A program made the position numbers and the translations under genes. Of a stretch of 64,000 nt of DNA, positions 53,290-64,000 are shown in pieces; position 1 is the stretch's first letter, and each line of letters starts with the position of its first letter. The DNA is taken from the NCBI GenBank assembly GCA_964016885.1, contig OZ024743.1, forward strand, positions 44,268,001 to 44,332,000, in the 5' to 3' direction. Below the pieces are notes generated by a model that was given only the letters and a program-made list of their open reading frames with translations, did no database searches and was not told where the DNA came from. The stretch comes from Eledone cirrhosa. Taxonomy: Eukaryota.

Positions 53290-55200
53290 TAACAGATTCC
53301 CTTATGTTACAAATGTACGCTATGGATAGATGCATAGATTCCAACAGAATATTAAAGTTAAAACTATCTGGATGTATCCAGAATATATACAGTGGCAGTT
53401 GTTGGATTATATTGTTATGGTGAAGCTTGATGTTCCTGACTTTTGGTCGGTCAGAGACCTTCGTAGATCTCAGTGCTATACGGACGATTGCTTATTTCGT
53501 GCATGGCTTAAATTTGTGTGTAAGTCAAATTTAATATGTACCCACGTAGCTATTCCCAAAAGATTGAATATTTCACGTTTGAAGAAGGATGTATCCAGAA
53601 TATATACAGTGGAAGTTGTTGGATTATATTGTTATGGGGAAGTTTGATGTTCCTGACTTTTGGTCAGTCAGAGACCTTCGGAGATCTCAGTGGTATACGG
53701 ACGATTGCTTATTTCGTGCATGGCTTTGTGTGTAAGTCAAATTTAATATGTACCCACGTAGCTATTCCCAAAAGATTGAATATTTCACGTTTGAAGAAGG
53801 AAGTTGTTCTGGAAGTGTACAAGAAAGCCACTAAACATCTCGATTGTGAAAACAACTACCCGTCTTTTAAAAAGTCACTTTATGGTGTTAGTGCTGAGAT
53901 ATTCGACTAAAGAGAATGATAAGGAGATAAAACAGATTTTCCTGGAGAAGATAAAGATTTTGTATAGTCTTCTTAATGAAAATAATGTTGCAAACAATGG
54001 CTGGCAGCTGACCTGCATGCTTTGTGACATAAAGGTTGCATGTTGAGAACATTGGAGAAGTTTGAATGCCCTGTACATGTGAGTAGAGATATGTCTAAAC
54101 CCCAAAATGTCAGGATTAGAGTGAAGCAGGCAGATATTCCTGCTCCTACACTCTTTGTTTGTTAATTCGTAATGCTATTTCAAATAACGTGTGAGGACTG
54201 TAGTAATGATGATTGTCCACTATCTAACAACTGGAATTGTCTTCACCCAGACGTTTTAAGGCAAAGACAAAATTATTTTTGACATTGATGATGGATTTGC
54301 TGTATGCCAATGATTGTGCGGTTGTGACTCAAACGGAAGAGGATATGCAACATCTGATGGATGCTTTCAAGATGGCTGGATATGTCTTGGCTTTGACGAT
54401 GAATCTCAAGAAGGCCGTGGTGAGCCTGCCATCACCGCCTGGATATCAGTATAGACAGCGTAATATTTATGCAGAAAAAAAGCATTGTATGCCTTGAAAG
54501 CACCGCGAACGGCTCTTACAACTTGGATGGTGAAAAGAATCTAAGGATTCAGAAAGCAAGTCATACTTTTGGCAAGAATATTGTAAAGGCTGGATTGAAG
54601 TGATCATGTGGTGTGCATGAATGACAGCAGGTTGTCCATGAGGCTCTTATATGAAGAACTGGCCAGTGCAAAGCAACCACTTCACAGGCCCAGGGAGAGA
54701 AATAAGGAATATCTTAACGTGTTACTTATGCCCGTTAACTTCGATATTGCAACATGTATAACGTATGCCACTGACAGAAGTAAATGGGGAAAGATGATGC
54801 AGCAAGGAATTTGTTTTCGGGTCATCGAGGTTACAACATACGGCATTTGAAAGAGATGTCAGAAAGTGTCTTGCTGTCAAATTATTACAACAAACCGGTG
54901 ATGTCAATCATTTGACATGTGGATTCTGTAACAGATTCTGATTTAAAAAGACTGGTAAGAAAGTTCATCTTCGCTGTCATGAATGTAGAGCTCCTGTCAA
55001 TTGCTAAATTGCCATGGCTGAAATCGCAACTTACACATGAAATATCTGTGGCAAAACAGTGTGGGTCAGTTGGCAGACTAAAAAGGCACATTATAGTTCA
55101 TTATGTGCCTCAATAAGCCAATAATGTTATGCTGAGAGCATTGCACACATGACAACACACGGTAAGTCTATTGCAGATCTAAAATGACATATTCATACGA
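53290..55200 (+). pseudogene. Decayed RTE (BovB-like) LINE with internal ~218-bp tandem duplication
   Basis: APE tail WMYP..WQLLDYIV..CYTDD..PKRLNISRLK (duplicated 53370-53801); RT VKQADIPAPTLF and DLLYANDCA..TEEDMQHLMDAF; HVVCMNDSRL..LLYEEL..RPRER. Confidence 0.85.
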
Positions 55201-55724
55201 AAGATTTACATAACCAAATCTGATGTTGTGTTAGATTTATTCGATCACGGGCTGTACATTTTAATGAAAAGTACAATTGTTTGGATGAGCTTCCAGGCAG
55301 TTCCTGTTCAACTAATTTCATTCACACAGTATCGTGCGACTACAGACTTTAATAGAGATTATTGCTTACGATCCTACGCTGTTGGATTGGATCCCTGACT
55401 TTCTTATTGCAGAGCGAATATCTTAACCATTTAGTATATATAACATAATAGTGTATTATATATATAATTAACAATGATTTAAATTAAATCATTTAATTGT
55501 TTTACGAGCGTTTCATCAGATGGAATATTACATTGCTGTTAGAATAAGTTCATTAGAATCTAGTAAAACGACAATATTTAATAAAAAAAAAAAAACAAAT
55601 AATGAAATATTACGTGCTAATGACGAAATAGGGGATGAATATTTATGACGGATAAAAACCCCAACATTTTGGCAAATCACACACACTCACAAATATATTT
55701 ATATTCCAGGCCTGGAACAATGAC

Positions 55725-57625
55725 GTGCCAGCTTTGTATGGGCTTCGAAAAGACCATAAAACGAGCAGTGACCCTGTCACGGGACCACCAACACGGCCAA
55801 TCCGTGGAGCTAACATTGGTAGTAACTGCAGACTGTCCTACTTCCTCTCCCTGATCATATGCCCCACCATTGAAATGTCCCCAGATGTATGTGACAGCAC
55901 GGAGGATCTCCTCAGCAGAATCGGCGAGAGTAACCGATCTAGGGACCTAACAAACTGCATAATAGGTAGTATGGATGACGGGTCCCTGTATTCATTTATC
56001 GACGTGGATTTTGCTGTGGAGAAATGCGTAGAAATGATCAGTGAGGGCAATGTTGAATTCCGTGGGATTGATACCAGTGAGCTGGGACTCATACTTAAAC
56101 TTACCTATAGTAATAATTATCTAGACACATATGACCTTAGCAACTTGTGCCCTACAAGACCAGCAAGAGGCAGACCACCTACCATTACCTCAATGGCTAA
56201 GAAAACCCACACAGATAGATGGAACGGGTGGACCAGAGCCATACGGACCCCCGAAAACCACGATGAACTAAAGAAAATGATTGCACATGCGGTGGGGGCC
56301 AGCATAAAATTAACCCATAAGGAACATATGTTCAAATGTAATGGAAAAACATATGCCCAAGAGGAGGGAGCAGCCATTGGTGTTAGAATTGCAGGCGACA
56401 TAGCTAACTTATTCATGGTATGGTGGGACAGTAGACTTAAACTTAAACTTAAAGAACAATTAGAAGACCCCTTAACCCTAATAATGTACTCCCGCTACGT
56501 TGATGATATAAACATTGTAGTTAAAACACCCCCACTAGAGAACAGTCAGGAATTAGAGAAAAACACCATGGAAAGCATCCAGCAAACAGCTAACTCCATC
56601 CACCAGAGTATTAGAGTTACTATAGACTACCCAAGCAAACACCCCAACCATCGATTACCTGTACTAGACACAGAGCTCTGGTTAGATACCATTAATAACA
56701 AAAAACAAATCCTCCATTCCCATGATGCCAAACCCATGACTTCCAAATATCTGATCCACCGAAACTCAGCTGTTTCGGACCATACCAAAATCAACATACT
56801 GATTGCGGATTTGGTACGGGTGATGAGAAACGTGTCCCGCATGTGCAACCCCGAAGAACTAGAGAGACACATACAACACTTCATCCACCGTATGCAGTTC
56901 TCTGGTTACAATCAGAGTGATAAAATCAGAGTGTATAGAGGAGCCAGAACCAAATGGGAAAAAATGGTAAATAATGACACAAATGGTACCTGCCCCATGT
57001 ATAGGAGTAAATTTTGGAATATAATAGAAAGAACTAGGAATAAGGCTTATAGAATAAAGTCATGGTATGATAGCAATAAATACCAGAGTGTAATGTTCAT
57101 CGATACAACCCCTAGAGGTGAATTCGCTTACAAATTTAGAAGGGCCCAAGATAAACATAAACTCAATATTAACATAGTAGAAATACCAGGTACCTCCATA
57201 AAAACACTTATTAGCAAGACATGCCCTTTTCAAAGACCTCTCTGTATAGATAAGAAATGTATAATCTGTAAATTAAGCCCCCATATTAACTGTAAAACTA
57301 GAAATGTAGTATATAGCATAAGATATACTGAAGGACAATGTAGAGATAAAAATATAGTGTACATATGTGAGACAGCTCGTATTATAGGGAAACGGATAAA
57401 TTAACACTGGCGAGACCTTCAAGATAGTAAAGAGTCATCTGTACTCTACCAACATGCTAAAATAGAACATAAGGGTAAATTAGAGAACATAGAAATAAAA
57501 ATAGAATCTACACACAGAAAAGACGCAATGTTTAGACAAATCACAGAGGCAATAAACATAAATGAATTACAACCAAAATTAAATAGAAAACATGAGTGGA
57601 ACAGCAACATCACAACTTACAATTA
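55725..57625 (+). pseudogene. Penelope-like element RT + GIY-YIG ORF, 5'-truncated, 559 open codons then one TAA
   Basis: LYGLRKDHK, PTRPI, IGSMDDGSLY, QEEGAAIG, YSRYVDDI, LPVLD, SGY, Cys linker CIDKKCIIC..CKTRNVVY..VYICETAR; after TAA 57402 the frame continues HWRDL..SVLYQH..EH..RQITEAINI..LNRKHEW. Confidence 0.92.
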
Positions 57626-57739
57626 AGGACAAAATGAAAACACACACGCAGATAGAACAAACAACCAACCAGTAACATGTAAATAAACAAATAAATAAAC
57701 GAATATAAACACACACAGACACCCGGATGTAACACATGC

Positions 57740-58010
57740 GCAAACTAAGCACACAACAGACACACAAAAACAAGATGGCGTAGGACGGAACAAAGAAGAG
57801 GCACACAAAAACAAAGAAAAGATCCCGCAGTCTCTGAAGAGGCCACATAATGTGTGACGAAAGAACTTTGACAATATATAAACACTCATCTGGTTGTGGA
57901 ACCAACCAACCAACCGGAAATTTATAAATGTATTATAATAAATTGAAGTGAAAGCAACTGGTGCGTGTGCTTCTTATTGGCAACATGACCCTCCCAAAGT
58001 ATAACAATAT
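57740..58010 (+). mobile_element. PLE pseudo-LTR with HHR (family E), homologous to 28280-28506
   Basis: CTGAAGA 57834-57840, stem CACA-TAA-TGTG, GAAA 57859-57862; both copies end aaagtataacaatatata. Confidence 0.8.
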
Positions 58011-58015
58011 ATATA

Positions 58016-58278
<263 letters not shown>

Positions 58279-58554
58279 TATATATATAACTTATGTGAAA
58301 TAACAGTAAAATGCACAAATTTTGTAACCTGTGCATCCGGAATTTCTTTAAATGTTGCTAAAGAAAAGATATTGCCATTTGATTGACCTTGGTCCGCAAC
58401 TTGCTAGAAATACTTGCCATATACATTTGCAAACGCATGTTGCCATCGTATATTGAATAAGTTGTCCAAGCTACAAAGCAGCTGAAATAGTTGTGGCAAT
58501 TGTCAAAGATAAATATGAGCATTGCTTTATATTACCTTTATTTCATTTCTAGGT

Positions 58555-58777
58555 AATAGTGGTTGTTGGGTTAATTAGGACAGGGGCATGGTTGCTTCAG
58601 TAAATAGACGACCTGTAATCCCTGACCGAAAAATCTCGGATTAAACAATATCGTATGCATAGGATTTGGTGGTAGCCCGCTCTCTACCTATATCCTAGCC
58701 CGCTCTCTACCTATAACGTAGCTCGCTCTCCGCCTATAGCGTAGTCCTACTACGTCTCAATTAACCCAACCACTATT
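58555..58777. mobile_element. MITE with short TIRs and internal ~23-bp tandem repeat
   Basis: aatagtggttg(ttg)ggttaatt ... aattaacccaaccactatt; tagcccgctctctacctata x3 (third degenerate) at about 58673-58740. Confidence 0.7.
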
Positions 58778-59279
58778 TCTTAAAATGAATTTTTTTTTAT
58801 ATTTAGTTAAAACAAACGATATCTAATAAAATTTAATTGTAGCAACAACATTTTATATGAAGATTCATGAAATAAATACATGTCAAAGCTAAAAATAAAG
58901 CTGTCATTGCCAGAGCAATGTATTGTATTATATTGGAAATAGTTTATTGATTTTGTTGTTGTATAATAGATAAGAGTAACTTAGAATCGAAAGTTATTGA
59001 AAAATTTTTGATATATGACTTCTTACCTTGGCTCTCAAGCTGCTAAGTTGAGGAAAAAAAACTTTAATATATCGTATTTCTCTATACTATTTGCATAACA
59101 ATCCATATAAAGTGGTTAATGATTTTTCTTGTAGAATCATAGCTGTTACGAAAGCATCGATATGTTTCTCTTAGGGGAAATTCTGACAATCTCATTTTGC
59201 TACAACAAATAACAATAGCATATCTATGCCTTAAGTAAATTGTCCTGATATATATATATATAATGTCATATCATGGCTT

Positions 59280-60312
59280 GGCTTTACGAAAGAAGACTAT
59301 GTAGAGTGATCGAGTGCAGTAAATCTCGTGGCCGATCAAACCATGCAGGACGGGCAGATACGGCTCGTCAGAGTTTGATGACGTGGTGTTGTGGTCCTTG
59401 CTCCTGCACCTTGTGACCGACCATGATGGTGGCTCGGCGGGTGCTTTTGAAGGAGAAAACAGCATGGTGGATTATGTAACGCCAAGCGTTACGATCCTCA
59501 GCTCCGCTGAACCACCGACTATTGTTGGTGTGACACAGGCATCAAGGGATTTATTTCAAACAACCCTCCTTGAATCACTTACTTGGGTCCTCTTGTCGCA
59601 ATATGTCGGGCCACCATGCACCTCCTGTAAGGGTTTGTAGTAGCCCATGATGTCTCTGGTGTCTGGGAGCAGCTGAGTTCTCTCACCAAGTTTTGTCCAT
59701 CATTTGTTCTAGATATCTCGAAGTTTGTTCCGCAGGTTGCAGCATACGAGACGGAATGCAGCTTTCTTCACTTCACCAGCAATTCTTGAATGTACTTGTT
59801 TTTTCGGTTAAACCACTCTTTGTTTTTTTTCTTGCAACTGAAATTGAAGATTTCTACAGATGTCTGCAGGATGACAGTTTTCCGATGTTTCCAAAGTATT
59901 TTATGAAGGGGATCTATGGGAACTCTTTCATCTTCAAGCCTCAACTGAAGGGCTGCCTGGAATTTAGCTTTCAAATTAATTGATTGGAAACAACATTTTC
60001 CTGAAAGCCCCTCCATTTTTGATTTGGTATTAAAGTGGATCTTGAATTTTATATCAAATAATAATAATATTCGGTTCATTCTTAAGCAAACCGCCTCGTT
60101 ACGCTATGTTCTTTTAATACCAGCCCCATACTTTGGTTCCGGAAATGACTTCAAGAAACAGTCAACATGTTTCTGGGTTATTCTATCATCCGGTGTAATG
60201 CATTTTGAATTCTGTCTTCTGAGAAGATAAGGTAACATTCACTTGATGTTCTGCATGTCAAATGAACGCGTCAGACTTTTATTTCTGGCTCATAATGTTA
60301 TCTTTGGCCACT
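59280..60312 (-). pseudogene. Decayed RTE-type LINE fragment (endonuclease end and linker)
   Basis: KKKNKEWFNRKNKYIQELLVK resembles the RTE KHxDWFDENxxxIxxLLxxK linker; multiple stops. Confidence 0.55.
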
Positions 60313-61010
60313 GTATACATACATACATACATACATACATACATACATACATACATACATACATACATACATACAATGGCGACCGTTATGGTCAGTGTCC
60401 GATAATCGACGTGTGTAATTACGGCTTACATGAAGGCAACATACCTTATATTGGAAAAAGTTGAGCTACATTAAGCAGTAAGATTACATACAATACCTCT
60501 ACATAAGTGTTTGAACTGTAAGTGTGTTGTAAAACACCTATTTATATGAACGATACATACACTTATGATATATTAAGAATAAATACACTTTAACATGTAA
60601 ATGCAACGTTGTTATATTACATTTGTAAAGAAATATGCAAGTAATATGCAAGTAACGTTTTCGATTCAGAAACAAAAACATAAGTGTTTGAAACGTGAAT
60701 ATGTTGTAGAACACCTATTTATATGAATGATACATAAACTTTAACATATAAATACAGCGTTGTTATATTATATTACATTCATAAAGAAATATACTAAGTA
60801 ACGTTTTTTTTTGTTGCTCTCGATTCTAACGATTCAAGAACAACGTTTAAAACACAGTTGTAGAATTAAAAACTAACTTAAAATAAGTATTACCCAAGCT
60901 GCGAATAACTTTAAATTTGATTCTGACAGAACTTTGTCGAAACTTTTAAAGAAGTTCATCGACTATTTTGAAAAATAAATACAAAATATTAGTGAATAGA
61001 CGAACTCATC

Positions 61011-64000
61011 ATGGCAAAATGTACAAGTCTCCTGCGACAAAATCGCAACTACAACCGTTGTATACAGTGGAGCTACGAGCTTAACAAAGAATTATATGAA
61101 GCATACCAACAATCTGAACCCCAAAAGTTCGGTTTTATGCAAAGGCTAAACACTTTATGGAACTCCAAACACCCAGAATTAGACTTTTCTCCAAAGCATT
61201 TAAATGAACAGGCAAAACGTATCATTAGATGTAAATTGATACATCTAACGGAATTGAGTGATAGTACAAATACAGCCCTTGTAGACAACCACCCCACCTT
61301 CGCTGACAGACAAGAGAATGGCCAGCTAAATCTAATAGTGAACAGCTCACCAACAATTTTGCTGAAATCCATCCCACTTTCACTGAAGAACAGCAAGAAT
61401 GGTCAGCTAACTCTAGTAGTAATTGTCACCAAATCAACAACGAGGCTGAAATTCATGACTCTACTGTACAAACAGAACACCAAAAACTTGTGGACACCTT
61501 ACAAGTGATATGGGACTATATGTTTCAAGAGATACACAGCCTTAATGTGAGTGACAGACCATACAACACTAGAATCAGTAAAGAACCCACTAAATTGGAA
61601 TTGGAAGTGGTGAACGAAATAGTTGACAATTATCTGAAGGCTATACGATCTAAAGGTGTAGAAACGACCTTTGAAACGCTTAATATTGTGTTATATGTTT
61701 GAGCTGTCACATTGCTATCATATAACAAACATCTAAAGCCACGCAATCAAGATACAAATAAAAAGCCTGAACCAGCGTGGGTGCGAAATTTAAAAAGCAA
61801 AATGTTGTCCCTGAGACGAAGTATCTCACACATCGCAGTCGTTATGAAATCCAACATAGAGAGCAACTTCACACGACACCAGGAAGAACTAAAACAAAAG
61901 TTAGAGAGACGATTTGGAGATACAAAATTTAAAACTTTAAACTCCAAATCACACCAGTTGAAACAACAACTCATAGCTACAACAGAAAGACTAAAATATA
62001 AGTCAACAGCACATAAACGACAAGTGCTAAATAGATTGTTTGCCAGAGATCCTAAATCAGTTTATCGCAGCTTCGGTGGCAAAAAATCAATCTCTGTAAA
62101 TGACACCCCTTCAAAAGAACGGGTTGAGAACTACTGGAGATCTGTATGGGAAACGGATGATGGATTCAACAGACAAACTAATTGGCTGAAAGAACTGGAA
62201 CAGGTCTACTGCCAACATGTCCAGACAAAACAGTATGACATAGATGGGTGAATACTGGAAACAGCTCTACAGAAAATGTCGTATAGGAAATCACCAGGCT
62301 CAGATCTCATTACAGGATACTGGTTGAAGAATTTCACTTTCTATCGGCAAGATCTCATACGGCTGTTTACAGAAATCATTAAAGGCACACAAGAACTGCC
62401 CAGATGGTTATCAACTGCCACTACTCTCCTGATTCCCCAAAACAACCAAACCATCCTTGCTAAAAGTTAGCGCCCAATAGCCTGCCAAAACATCATATAT
62501 AAATTATATACTGGGTGCTTAACCTGTTCTTACAGGATCTCTATGCTATCAACAACATCATAACACATGAGCAAGCTGGTGGAAAGAGGGAGGTGTGTGT
62601 TGCATAGATCACCTACTAACTAATAAAATGATTCAAGAAAAAACAACAAAGAATCACAGAAACATGACTGAAGTGTGGCTGAACTATCAAAAAGCATTTG
62701 ATAGTGTACCTCATGGGTGGATTGTTAAGGCTTTACAGTTAGCAAAAGTCCAACAAGCACTGGTAGCTGCTGTTGAACGTCTGACCAAAAACTGGTACAC
62801 CAATTTGATCTTTAGACGTGAGAAGGAGCAAGTTAAGACTGATAAGATACATTACCAGAAGGGCATCTTTCAGGGTGAGAGCTTGTCAGTGCTACTCTTG
62901 GTTCTCTCACTAAATCCACTATTTTACCTACTCAGGAAACAAGGTTGACAAAGAAGTGAGTCCAGAAGTATCTCCCATCTTTTCTTTGTTGATGACCTGA
63001 AGTTGTATGGGCCAAATATCAATGACATCAAGAAACAATTGAACACAATTTTCAACAGACATCAAAATGAAATTTGGTGAGTCCAAGTGTACATATTTGG
63101 CAGTAAAACGTGGAAGAGCCGTGCCCTCCTCTAGAAATCTAGAGATGAACGGCCTGACAATACAACCTCTACAGTCAGGTGACAACTACAGATATCTTGG
63201 ACAGGATGAGAATGTCAGATATGATGGACCCATAAATAAGGAGAGAACCAGAACTGAATACCTCAGAAGAGTAAAGAAAATATGGTCATCAGAACTGCCA
63301 GGGTATAACAAATACATTGCCCACAATACTTATGCTGTGCCAATTGTAACGCCAAAATTTGGCCTGCTGAACTGGTCTTGCAAGGACTAAGTGAGATGGA
63401 TGTTAGAACTCGCAAACTTCTCAGTGTTTCTGGGAACTTTAACATCACTGGTGATGTGGATAGGCTATACTTCTCACGCAAGGAAGGTGGGCGGGGTCTA
63501 AAGTCCATATTAACATCATATGAGACTCGGATAGTAACTCTGAAGCAACATATTTAACAGAGGAGAAATGTTGGTAACCATCTTGCCAGGTTTATGAGCA
63601 TGAAAAAAAAAACATTATTAGAATAGCCACTGATCTGGAGGAGAGATATGGAATAAAGCCTGATATAAATCTCTCACCCAGAGAAATCGGAAGATCCTAT
63701 TCAATGTTCAAACACGATGAAAAAATTTACCAATTTACAGAAAAAGTTATGCATGGATAATTGAGACGTAAAACACAGACCATAGGGAGGATAAACCACT
63801 CAAAAAGCCTGGCATGGAGTTCTGACAAGTTTATGACATCACACCTATGCAATACAGGAACAAGAACTCCCTACCAAATATCTGCTGCACAAAAGAGGAG
63901 GGCCATCAGCTGACAATAAATGTAGACTTTGTAAAACAAAGATCGAGGATGTAAGCCACATTGTTGCCAGCTGCGAAAAAATGTCATCTCGCTACTACCT
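61011..64000 (+). pseudogene. R4/Dong-clade (RLE) non-LTR retrotransposon ORF, disrupted, running off the window
   Basis: N-term WSYELNKELY..GFMQRL..W..P..LNEQAKRI; KSPGSDLITGYWLK; RPIACQNIIYK; YQKAFDSVPH; GIFQGESLS; SHLFFVDDLKLY; MKFGESKC; YRYLG; DRLYFSRKEGGRGL; CRLCKTKIEDVSHIVASC zinc knuckle. Several stops and frameshifts. Confidence 0.9.

Noticed and set aside
61011-64000. Programmed readthrough or frameshifting in the R4-like ORF
   Set aside because: Mixed TGA/TAG/TAA stops plus several frameshifts indicate decay.

Overview
AT-rich, microsatellite-laden eukaryotic DNA with no convincing host protein-coding gene. The SINE families and repeat make-up suggest a cephalopod (Octopus-like) genome; this is an inference. 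The window is a mosaic of decayed mobile elements. These include at least five Penelope-like elements (PLEs; RT and/or GIY-YIG endonuclease), an R4/Dong-type LINE, several RTE LINEs, four CRE-clade LINE fragments, an L1/Tx1 3' end, Helitron pieces, MITEs and many tRNA-derived SINEs. The main finding is a dense set of type I hammerhead ribozymes (HHRs): about 10 with an intact core and several degenerate ones. Two non-coding HHR elements (540-1248, period 469 nt; 50052-50487, period 426 nt) are homologous but circularly permuted, and both sit in (TA)n/(CA)n tracts. That is the expected footprint of a retrozyme-type circular RNA reverse-transcribed by a PLE. Many short PLE terminal fragments form fold-back palindromes with recurrent breakpoints. 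All alignments, folds and translations outside the ORF track were done by eye, and element boundaries are approximate.
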